From Pirellulales bacterium (GTDB lineage Bacteria; Planctomycetota; Planctomycetia; Pirellulales; UBA1268), in NCBI GenBank assembly GCA_044236455.1, contig JBIIGJ010000005.1, forward strand, positions 2,027 to 66,026: a DNA stretch of 64,000 nucleotides. Direction: 5' to 3'. Numbering within the stretch: position 1 is the first letter of the stretch; every line of letters starts with the position of its first letter. The notes beneath the pieces are model-generated. The model was not told the DNA's origin. It ran no database searches and saw nothing but the letters and a program-made list of their open reading frames with translations. Both the position numbers and the translations under genes were made by a program. Shown here one piece after another: positions 36,939-45,548 of this stretch.

Positions 36939-37081
36939 GGGCCGTTGCTGCTGAAAAAGCCGGATCGAACCACGTTGGAGGGTAAGTGCCAGAAGAACCC
37001 CGTGCAACGCTCACCTTGATCCAGTTCGCAAACGCACCTATTTTCCAAGGGTTGTCAGTAAATGCCAAGGAGGGCAGCGCG

Positions 37082-39157
37082 ATGAGACAGTGGTGGCAAA
37101 GGCTCGGCGAGCGACTTTCTGGCCGTCGGTTAGGTCCAACCCGTGAACTCGCGGGGGCGGTGCTCGTGATCGTCGCCTGCGTGCTGTGGCGCGGCCTTTC
37201 CGGGTCGCCGCGAGCCGATGCGAAACCGCCGCGGTCGCCTGCGGTGATCGCTGCCAAAAACACCGCGACGGCGGGCAAGGGTGCCTTGCCAGACGGCCCC
37301 GCCGACCGCGTGATGGCGCTCGTCAACGGTGCCGAAGTCACGGAGCCTCAGCTGGCCGCCGAGTGCCTCAGCCGTCACGGCAACGCCGTCTTGGAGGTGA
37401 TGGTCAACCGCGAGATCATCTCGCAGGCCTGCGGTCGTCACGGGATCGCCGTCACGCCGCAGGACGTCGATGCCGAGATCGACGCCATGGCGAAGCGGTT
37501 CAGCGTGCCTAGGGACAAGTGGATCAGCCTGATCGAGCAGGAACGCGGAATCTCCCCGCGGCAATACTCGGATGACATCGTCTGGCCGATGCTCGCCCTG
37601 CGGCGTCTGGCCCATGCCGGCATCGAGCCGACGCCCGAAGAGGTGCAGCACGCTTTTGAAAACCAGTTCGGCGACGCGGTCAAGGCCCGGATTCTCGTGT
37701 CGCGCACCAAGAAAGAGGCCGAGGAATTGCGGGTGAAGGCGTTGACCGCCCCCGATGATTTTGGCGGCCTGGCCCGGCAGCATTCCGTCGACGTGGGCAG
37801 CGCCAGCGCGAATGGCTGGGTGCAACCCATCCGCCGCCATTCCGGCGACGCGGGATTCGAGCGGGTGGTATTTGCGCTGCGGCCGGGTGACATCTCGCCG
37901 GTGGTGCAGGTGGCCGATCAGTTCATCGTCGTGAAATGCGAGGACCGGCTGCCTGCCGCCGATGTGAAACTCGACGACGCGCGGCCCCGCCTCCTGGAAG
38001 AACTCCGGGAACGCAAGAGCCGATCAGCTTCGGGAGAAGTCTTCCGTACCTTGCAAGACGCCTCCACTGTGGAAAACGTGATGAACGACGCAGTGAAGTC
38101 CGCTGCCACTCCTCAGGTAGCGGCACGCGTCAACGGTCAGCCGATCGAGATCGAGGCCGTGCGGGCAGTCTGTGTCGAACGCCATGGCCGCGACGTGCTG
38201 GAGATCCTGATCACCCGTCGCTTGATCGAGCAGGCGCTCGCCCGCGAAAAGCGGACCGTGACGCAGGCCGACATTGATGCCGAGATCGCCCGCGCCGCGG
38301 AGACCATGGGGTTCCGCAAGCCGGACGGTTCGGCCGACGTTGCCGCCTGGTTCGATCGCGTGACCCGCGAGGAGAAGGTTCCCATGCGGCATTACATCGA
38401 AGACATCGTGCAACCGACGGTGTCGCTCAAGCAGTTGGTGGGCAAGGTGCCGGTGACCCAGGAGGACCTCGACAAGGCCTTCGAGGCGACCTTTGGCCCG
38501 CGGGCGAAGTGTCGCATCATCGTGATGGACAGCCAGCGTCGGGCGCAGGAAGTCTGGCAGCTTGCGAGACAGAATCCGACTCCCGAGCGGATCGGCGACC
38601 TCGCCGAGCAGTATTCCGTCGACCCCACCAGCCGCACGCTCCGCGGAGAAGTGCCGCCGATCCAGCACTATGGCGGCCAGCCCGCGCTCGAACGGCAGGT
38701 GTTCTCGCTGAAACCCGGCGAACTGTCGGGCATCGTGCAGATCGCGGACCGCTTCATGGTGATCCTGTGCGAGGGTTTTACCGAGCCGGCGCAGGTGAAG
38801 TTCGCCGAGGTGCGGAACGAACTCTACGACGACATCCACGAGAAGAAGCAAAGGATCGAGATGTCGCGGTATTTTGCGCATCTCCGCGAAGCCGCCACGA
38901 TCGATAATTTCCTAGCCGGCACGAGCCAGTCGCCCACGCGGCCGGCTACCGGTGGCCCCGGCCAATCACCCGGGTCACAGACCGGCACGGTTCTTTCGAC
39001 GGCCGTCCAACTGCCACGGAGCCTGGAGGCGGATCCGAACACGCCGCGTGCAGGCAGTCGCAAGGCTACCCAGGCCCAGCCCGGGCAACCGGGCCAAGGT
39101 GGTCAGTCCGGACAGTTCGGCGTGAGGCCGGCCTCGCTCGACGCCCCCGCGCGGTAA
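37082..39157 (+). CDS. SurA/PrsA-like peptidyl-prolyl isomerase with an internally duplicated chaperone plus parvulin module
   Basis: AAGGAGGG precedes the ATG. There are two similar halves, each ending in a parvulin-like segment (...PVVQVADQFIVVKCEDR and ...GIVQIADRFMVILCEG). Confidence 0.7.
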   Translation: MRQWWQRLGERLSGRRLGPTRELAGAVLVIVACVLWRGLSGSPRADAKPPRSPAVIAAKNTATAGKGALPDGPADRVMALVNGAEVTEPQLAAECLSRHGNAVLEVMVNREIISQACGRHGIAVTPQDVDAEIDAMAKRFSVPRDKWISLIEQERGISPRQYSDDIVWPMLALRRLAHAGIEPTPEEVQHAFENQFGDAVKARILVSRTKKEAEELRVKALTAPDDFGGLARQHSVDVGSASANGWVQPIRRHSGDAGFERVVFALRPGDISPVVQVADQFIVVKCEDRLPAADVKLDDARPRLLEELRERKSRSASGEVFRTLQDASTVENVMNDAVKSAATPQVAARVNGQPIEIEAVRAVCVERHGRDVLEILITRRLIEQALAREKRTVTQADIDAEIARAAETMGFRKPDGSADVAAWFDRVTREEKVPMRHYIEDIVQPTVSLKQLVGKVPVTQEDLDKAFEATFGPRAKCRIIVMDSQRRAQEVWQLARQNPTPERIGDLAEQYSVDPTSRTLRGEVPPIQHYGGQPALERQVFSLKPGELSGIVQIADRFMVILCEGFTEPAQVKFAEVRNELYDDIHEKKQRIEMSRYFAHLREAATIDNFLAGTSQSPTRPATGGPGQSPGSQTGTVLSTAVQLPRSLEADPNTPRAGSRKATQAQPGQPGQGGQSGQFGVRPASLDAPAR

Positions 39158-39204
39158 AGGTCGCCGTACGCACGCGACGGGTCGACATCCTGCCGCCCCC
39201 GGCC

Positions 39205-40737
39205 CTACTCAAGCTCCGGCAAGACCGCCTCCTCGGCGGCCGCTTCGCGGAGTTTCTCCATCGCCTTGGCCTCGATCTGTCGGACACGTTCCTTCGTCAC
39301 TCCGAGCGCCGACCCAACCTCCTTGAGGGTTTGCGGTTCATGCTCATGATCGAGACCGTACCGACGAATGATGATCGTTTGCTCTCGCGAATCGAGCCGA
39401 TTCAGGAACTTGCCCACCTGCTGAAGACGGTCATTCTCCGCCAACCGCTGCTTATACTCATCCGGGCGGCAATCGGTCGCGGTCTGCAGGAGTTCCATGT
39501 CGGCAGCCCGGAAGCGGTCGCGGCGGCGGTGCTCGTCGGGAATCGTGCGGGCGTAGTTCTTCATGATCGCCCATGAGGCGTAGGTGCTGAACTTGTTGCC
39601 ACGTGCGTAGTCGAACTTCTCGACGGCCCTGATCAGCGACATGTTGCCGTCGCTGACAAGGTCGAAGAAGCTGTCGCCCGGAGAAACCCGCCGTTTCGCG
39701 ATGGAAACCACGAGGCGAAGATTGGCCCGCACGATCCGGTTTTTGATGTCGACGATATCCCCATAGAGCCGTTCGATCTGATCCATCAGCCGGGCGTTGG
39801 GACGGTCTGGATCGAGTTCCGCACGGAGCGTTGCCGCCTTGTGCTTCAGGTAGTTGAACTTCCGGAACAGCCAGACCTCCTGCTCCCGCGTCAGCAGCGG
39901 CACCTCATACAGACTCGCCAGATAGGCGGGCAGGCCAGACGGCCGCCGCATCCGCTTGGCGGGCTCGTCGAGCCCCGGAAATGGCTGGTTCACAACTGAC
40001 TCCGCGCTCTTTCGTGAAAACAGCGCGTTTGGCATGCATTCCAGCGGCAATTGCGAGATGTGTTCTGCCCGTTGCGACAAGATCACCCGGTAGATGCTCG
40101 CCTTGGAACGGTGGTACCGCTTGGCGATCGATTCAACCGTTTCCCCACCCTGATAGTGGTGGTAGATCCGCTCGCAACTCTCCGGCCGAAGCCGGCCATC
40201 GGCGACGTGGAACACCGCCTCGGAGGGATGCTCCTGATCGTGCCGCTTGATGGTGTAGCGGATCGTCTCCACGCTGCGGTTGAGCCGGCTGGCGATCCGG
40301 CGGTGCACGTCGGCGGGGCAGGCACCTGCCGAAGCGAGGCGTCGGGCCCACCCGACGATCCGGTCATGCTCATCCTGCGACAGCTGGCTGAACCGACTGC
40401 CCCGTTCGATCCGGAGCGGGTTGTCTTGAATGAACCGTTCGACGGCACTGGCGAGAAAACCGACCCGCCGGCGACCTCCGGCGAAATGCCGCTGGGCGAC
40501 GAGGCCATGGTCGCGCCACCGCGAGATTGTCTTGGTCGACACGTTGAACCGGCTGGCCAGCTCTTCGATCGACAGCACCTCATCGTCGGCCGCCTGTGAC
40601 TGGTCGATCGGATCGAAGATGCCATCCGTGGAACCGACGAGCCCCGCATGGCCGTGGCCGTCATCGCTCCTGCCGTGCTCCTGAGAGAACAGGTGGAGAG
40701 AGGATTCAGAACGCGAAGAATCGAAATTCGACTGCAT
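39205..40737 (-). CDS. sigma-70 family RNA polymerase sigma factor with a ~250-aa N-terminal extension
   Basis: Region 2 (RANLRLVVSIAKR...DLVSDGNMSLIRAVEKFDYARGNKFSTYASWAI) and region 4 (TLKEVGSALGVTKERVRQIEAKAMEKLR). GGAGGTG precedes the ATG at 40737. Confidence 0.85.
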   Translation of the reverse strand: MQSNFDSSRSESSLHLFSQEHGRSDDGHGHAGLVGSTDGIFDPIDQSQAADDEVLSIEELASRFNVSTKTISRWRDHGLVAQRHFAGGRRRVGFLASAVERFIQDNPLRIERGSRFSQLSQDEHDRIVGWARRLASAGACPADVHRRIASRLNRSVETIRYTIKRHDQEHPSEAVFHVADGRLRPESCERIYHHYQGGETVESIAKRYHRSKASIYRVILSQRAEHISQLPLECMPNALFSRKSAESVVNQPFPGLDEPAKRMRRPSGLPAYLASLYEVPLLTREQEVWLFRKFNYLKHKAATLRAELDPDRPNARLMDQIERLYGDIVDIKNRIVRANLRLVVSIAKRRVSPGDSFFDLVSDGNMSLIRAVEKFDYARGNKFSTYASWAIMKNYARTIPDEHRRRDRFRAADMELLQTATDCRPDEYKQRLAENDRLQQVGKFLNRLDSREQTIIIRRYGLDHEHEPQTLKEVGSALGVTKERVRQIEAKAMEKLREAAAEEAVLPELE

Positions 40738-41259
40738 GAAGCACCTCCGTTGCCGGCAATCCTTGCCGGATGTTGAAAGGCGAAGACCAGCAGGGGAATC
40801 CGAAGCTGATCGTTCCAGTTGGCGGGATGAACCCAACCGTGTGGCAAATCAGACGGACCCTGCTACCAGTTTCCTCGCGACGACTCGTGCAACGTCCCGT
40901 CGTTCGACTCTGCCCTGATGGCGTGCCGAGGGTCATCCATAACCCGCTGCCCACCTCCTGGGGACGTGAAAGTTATACGTTCACTGGCCAGGAAGGGTTC
41001 GTCGCGGCCGCGATTTCTTGAGGTTTTCTTAAGTGGCCTGTGCCGCTGGAGCTGCGTGGCAAGTCGCAAACCGTTGTTGGCAAAGGGATTGCGGCGTGGA
41101 GGGCAGCGGTGGGAATTCTCGTTTTCAGCCCCTGAGGGTCGCGAGAGATCGGAAAAATAGGGGGTTTTTTCGCTTGGACACCTGGTATTTCGGTCGGCCG
41201 CGGCCGCTCCGTCGAAGACTACTGGTCGAGATCACAGTCCACCTCGTGAGGGGGGTACG

Positions 41260-42780
41260 ATGCGCTGGAATGCCATGGTGAAGAGGCCGGAGTGGTCGAG
41301 GGCCGCGTGGTGTGGCCTGTTCGCTGCCGTCTGCGTGGCGGCGGCGGTTCAGGCGGCGCCGGAAGACAGGCCGGGGCTGCGTGTCGGCATCGAACTCGAT
41401 GTCACGGGAGAACTGGTCGTGCCCGTCGGCCGAGATGGCGCGCCGAGTCGTGAACCGGTCGAGATGACAGCACGGTTTGATTTCGAGGAAACAGCCGCCG
41501 ACACGCCCCCCCAGACGGGCTCCAAGGATCAGGTCGCCGGGGGCGTGGTGGCGGTTGCCAGCCGCTCGTATCGGGACGCCACTGCATCCATGCGGGTCGG
41601 CGGCACCACGACGAATGCGACGCTCGCGGCTGATGCTCGCCGCCTGCTGGTGGCCCGTTGCGGGACCACGCCGATTCCATATCTGACCGAGGCTTTCCTC
41701 ACAGGAGACGAGTTCGATTTGCTCGAGACGCCGTTCGATTCGCTCTTGCTCGACGAACTTCTGGCCAAGGAGCCCGTGACGATCGGTCAGACGTGGGAAA
41801 TTCCGGCCGACCTGACAGCCGGCCTGCTGGCGATCGACACGGTGGATTCGGGCGGGCTCGAGGCCCGTATCGAGGACGTGATCGATGAGCGGGCGAAGGT
41901 CGTGATCTCCGGCATCGTGGACGGAGCCGCTGACGGCGTGCCGACCCACGTGACCGTCGAAGGTCAGTTCACGGTGGCAGCCAGAAGCGTTGCCGCAGTC
42001 GAAGCGGCCTCCGACGACGAGCCAGTGCGGCACGAACTCCACGGGCGTGTGACCCAGGTTTCGGCAGTGATTCGGGAGCGACGCCAGGCGAGCCACGTGG
42101 CTCCCGGGTTCGAAGTCGAGGCGAAACTGCTCGTCACCCGCACGCCCATCGATGCTGAGCGCCCCGTCGCCGATCCAACTGCCGAACCGGCCGCTGATTC
42201 CACCCCATCGAGCCCGGTGCAGGGCTCGCCATTGCGGCGGAGCGGAGCGGCCGCTCCGGGGCAGGTGTGGTATCGCGATGCAGATGGCCGCCTCGACCTC
42301 ATCCATGACACGCGGTGGCGTCGGGTGGAAGACGACGCGAATGGCCTGGTGATGCGGCTGGTCGACAGGGGCGCATTGGTCGGCCAATGCTCGATCTCCA
42401 GTCTGCCGCGGGCGCCGGCCGCCGCCCTCCCCACCCGCGCCGACCTGCAGCGGGACATCGAGCGGTCCTTGGCGGGGCAGGTCGACCGGACCGACGCGGC
42501 CGAAGAGACCGATCGTGACGACGGGCTGAGGGTCGTGCGACTCGCCTCGTCGGGCACCGCGGGCCAGCTCCCTTTCCGCTGGATTCACTACGTGCTAGCG
42601 GCCCAGGACGGCAGGCGGGCGAGTGTGACATTCATGTTCGAAGAGTCGATGCAGCAGCGGTTTGCCGATGCCGACCGGCCCCTGATCGAATCGCTGCGGC
42701 TGCCGTCGGACCCGTCATTCCCGCCACAGCCTCGTCCTACGGCGGCGCTTCCAGCGGCCCGCGGGCAGCAGGCACGTTGA
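41260..42780 (+). CDS. secreted hypothetical protein
   Basis: 506-aa ORF with a signal peptide (AAWCGLFAAVCVAAAVQAAP). No recognisable domain. Confidence 0.5.
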   Translation: MRWNAMVKRPEWSRAAWCGLFAAVCVAAAVQAAPEDRPGLRVGIELDVTGELVVPVGRDGAPSREPVEMTARFDFEETAADTPPQTGSKDQVAGGVVAVASRSYRDATASMRVGGTTTNATLAADARRLLVARCGTTPIPYLTEAFLTGDEFDLLETPFDSLLLDELLAKEPVTIGQTWEIPADLTAGLLAIDTVDSGGLEARIEDVIDERAKVVISGIVDGAADGVPTHVTVEGQFTVAARSVAAVEAASDDEPVRHELHGRVTQVSAVIRERRQASHVAPGFEVEAKLLVTRTPIDAERPVADPTAEPAADSTPSSPVQGSPLRRSGAAAPGQVWYRDADGRLDLIHDTRWRRVEDDANGLVMRLVDRGALVGQCSISSLPRAPAAALPTRADLQRDIERSLAGQVDRTDAAEETDRDDGLRVVRLASSGTAGQLPFRWIHYVLAAQDGRRASVTFMFEESMQQRFADADRPLIESLRLPSDPSFPPQPRPTAALPAARGQQAR

Positions 42781-43019
42781 AGCCAGTTTCCCCAGATTTC
42801 CAAGGGGCTGTTGACGCTGCCCCCCGGTCCTTGGGATAGTATCTGTTTGGCCCGGAAACAGCCCGGCGAACCGTCCGTTCGCCGCTTGAGGCCGGGAAAG
42901 CCGAGGAGGAGTGTCGCCGACACATCTCGTGCCAGCAGATGGCGCGACATGGCGTGTGTGTTCGCTTTCTTCCCGGCCGGCGGAACTGATTCCGCATCTG
43001 AGTCCGGGAGGCGTGAGCC

Positions 43020-43520
43020 ATCGAGAAGCAGCATCGCATCAACGAGCAGATCCGCATCACCCCGATTCGGGTGATCGCTGGCGACGGCGAACAACTCGGG
43101 ATCATCCCGACGGAAGAGGCTTTGAATCGCGCTCGCGAGGCTGGCCTCGACCTGGTCGAGGTGGCGCCAAACGAGAAGCCGCCCGTCTGCCGGATCATGG
43201 ACTTCGGCAAGTTCAAGTATCAGCAGAAGAAGAAGCTCCATCGCACGCACGTGCACCAGACAAAAATTAAGGAAATTCGCCTGCGTCCCAAGACCGGCGA
43301 GCACGACATCGATTTCAAGGTGAATCAGGCAAAGGGTTTTCTCCAACACAAGGACAAGGTCATCGTGTCGGTCGTGTTCCGTGGCCGCGAACTGGCCCAC
43401 ATCGACGAAGGACAGCGTGTCATGCGGACGATCATCGAACAGCTCGACCCCGTCGGGAAAGTCGACTCGCCTCCGCAGCAGATGGGCCGCCGGCTCGTCT
43501 GCACACTGTCCCCCAAGTAG
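43020..43520 (+). CDS. infC: translation initiation factor IF-3, non-canonical ATC start
   Basis: The conserved RINEQIR...GEQLGII...[14 protein letters not shown] region lies upstream of the first GTG. An in-frame stop sits at 43014-43016. GGGAGG lies 8 nt before ATC 43020. Confidence 0.8.
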   Translation: MEKQHRINEQIRITPIRVIAGDGEQLGIIPTEEALNRAREAGLDLVEVAPNEKPPVCRIMDFGKFKYQQKKKLHRTHVHQTKIKEIRLRPKTGEHDIDFKVNQAKGFLQHKDKVIVSVVFRGRELAHIDEGQRVMRTIIEQLDPVGKVDSPPQQMGRRLVCTLSPK

Positions 43521-43571
43521 GATCGCCTCCGCTTCTAGGATCGCCTCCGCTTCTAGGATCGCCTCCGCTTC
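43518..43571. repeat. 18-bp tandem repeat x3 (taggatcgcctccgcttc) beginning at the infC stop codon
   Basis: Perfect copies at 43518, 43536 and 43554. Confidence 0.9.
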
Positions 43572-43635
43572 ACCCAGATTCCTCCCGTTCACGTTCCTCG
43601 CTTTCCGTTTCCCAGTCACCACCAGAGATTCAGCC

Positions 43636-43839
43636 ATGCCGAAGCAGAAGACCCACAAGGGTGTTAAGAAGCGTTTCCGAGTCACCGCCCGCGGCAAGGT
43701 GAAGCACCGCCGTGCCGGCACGAGCCACTTGCAGGTTCGGCTCACCAGCAAGCGGAAGCGCAACCTCCGGGGCACCGCCGTACTCGCCGCCCCTGAGACG
43801 GCAAAGATCGTCGAGATGCTCGGCGGATACAGCTACTAG
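43636..43839 (+). CDS. rpmI: 50S ribosomal protein L35
   Basis: MPKQKTHKGVKKRFRVTARGKVKHRRAG.SH. Confidence 0.9.
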   Translation: MPKQKTHKGVKKRFRVTARGKVKHRRAGTSHLQVRLTSKRKRNLRGTAVLAAPETAKIVEMLGGYSY

Positions 43840-43996
43840 ACCCCAGCGTTCAGGGGCGGGAGCCGCCCCTGAACAAGACGGTCAGAACGCCCGGTTGGCC
43901 CGGTGGCCAGGGCGAGTCGACCGGCTTCCGATGCAGGGGCCTTGAAAATCCCGTTAAAACAGCGACAGTGTTCGTTCCAGAAAGCGACCCAAAACC

Positions 43997-44374
43997 ATGC
44001 GCACAAAAAACGTCGTCCCCCGCCTCCGAGCCAAGAAGCGTCTCTTCAAGCGAGTGAAGGGGTCGGTTGGCGGCCGCCGCCGCCTGCTTCGTACCGCGAA
44101 GGAATCGATCATCCGCGCCGGCGTCTATGCCCGGCGGGACCGTCGTCGCAAGAAGCGCGATTTCCGGCGGCTGTGGATTGTGCGGATCAATGCCGCCTGT
44201 CGCGAACGCGGTCTGCGGTACAGTCAGTTCATTGCCGGCCTTGAAAAGATTGGCTCGGAACTCGATCGCCGCACGCTGTCGGAGATGGCCGTGCTCGACC
44301 CGACCGGTTTCGACGCCGTTGTGAATGCCGCGCGCAAGGCCCTTGGATTGCCGGAGCCGGCTGCGGTCGCGTAG
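43997..44374 (+). CDS. rplT: 50S ribosomal protein L20
   Basis: [22 protein letters not shown]...[23 protein letters not shown]. Confidence 0.9.
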   Translation: MRTKNVVPRLRAKKRLFKRVKGSVGGRRRLLRTAKESIIRAGVYARRDRRRKKRDFRRLWIVRINAACRERGLRYSQFIAGLEKIGSELDRRTLSEMAVLDPTGFDAVVNAARKALGLPEPAAVA

Positions 44375-44378
44375 TGCC

Positions 44379-45470
44379 GTGACTGTGTCCAAAGGTGGCG
44401 ACGGTGCGGCGAATGCCGATGCGCAGCCTGCTGGCGGTAAGCCGGCAGGAGAGCCTGTTGCCATCGAGTCGTTTCTGTCCGAACTCGCGTCGTTTCGCGA
44501 TGCAGCTTCGGAGGCGCTGGGGCGCGTGGCCGACATGGCTGGCCTCGAGCAGGCGCGGATCGAGTTTCTGGGGGCGCGGAGCGGCCGGCTGAAGTCGATT
44601 CAAAAATGTCTTTCGGGCCTGGCGTCTGCTGATCGGCCTGCGGGCGGCCGGCACTTCAATGACGCAAAGGCGGCGGTGACCTCCCTGTTCGCCGCCATCC
44701 AAGAGCGGCTCGCCGGCGGCGCAGCAGCAGGCGAGGGGACCGATGCGATCGACGTGACCCTGCCTGGCGAGCCGGTGCGGCTTGGTCACGTTCATCCGAT
44801 CACCCAGACGATCCGCCAGGTGCAGGAGATCATGGCCCGCCTGGGCTTCGAGAGCGTCGATGGCCCGGAGGTCGAAGACCAATGGCATAATTTCGAGGCC
44901 CTCGCCATTCCCGCGGAGCATCCGGCTCGCGACCCGCTGGACAACTTCTATCTGGCGGTGGCCCGCGGGGCCGAGCCGCTGCTGCTGCGGTCGCAGACGA
45001 GCACCGTGCAGATCCGTGTCATGGAAAACCGCCGGCCACCCCTGCGGATCGTGTCGTTGGGAAGGGTGTATCGCCCCGATACCGCCGATGCGACCCATTA
45101 CCCGATGTTTCATCAGGTGGAGGGGTTGCTCATCGAGCGGGGGACGACCATGGCCCACCTCAAGAGCGTGCTTCGGCAACTCGCCTCGAGCTTTCTCGGC
45201 GGCGATGTGCACGTGCGGTTCCGGCCGTCATTCTTTCCGTTCACGGAGCCGAGCGTCGAGTTCGACATGGAGTGGGGCGGGCGTTGGATCGAGATGGGCG
45301 GGGCCGGCATGGTCGACCCCGACGTGCTGGCGGCTGTCGGCTACGACCCCGACGAGGTGTCTGGATTCGCGTTCGGCCTGGGTGTCGAGCGGATCGCGGC
45401 CCGACGCTACGGCGTGGCGGACATCCGGGATTTCTATCGCAACGACGTGCGTTTCCTGCGGCAGTTCTGA
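44379..45470 (+). CDS. pheS: phenylalanine--tRNA ligase alpha subunit
   Basis: HPI..., [41 protein letters not shown] start at 44379 (or 44385) lies just after the rplT stop. Confidence 0.88.
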   Translation: MTVSKGGDGAANADAQPAGGKPAGEPVAIESFLSELASFRDAASEALGRVADMAGLEQARIEFLGARSGRLKSIQKCLSGLASADRPAGGRHFNDAKAAVTSLFAAIQERLAGGAAAGEGTDAIDVTLPGEPVRLGHVHPITQTIRQVQEIMARLGFESVDGPEVEDQWHNFEALAIPAEHPARDPLDNFYLAVARGAEPLLLRSQTSTVQIRVMENRRPPLRIVSLGRVYRPDTADATHYPMFHQVEGLLIERGTTMAHLKSVLRQLASSFLGGDVHVRFRPSFFPFTEPSVEFDMEWGGRWIEMGGAGMVDPDVLAAVGYDPDEVSGFAFGLGVERIAARRYGVADIRDFYRNDVRFLRQF

Positions 45471-45548
45471 CAGTCACCGCCCCGCTTCTTTCCGACCTTG
45501 CTCATTGATTGTCCGCCGCCCTTGTGCATCTGAGAGGGGACAAAACCC

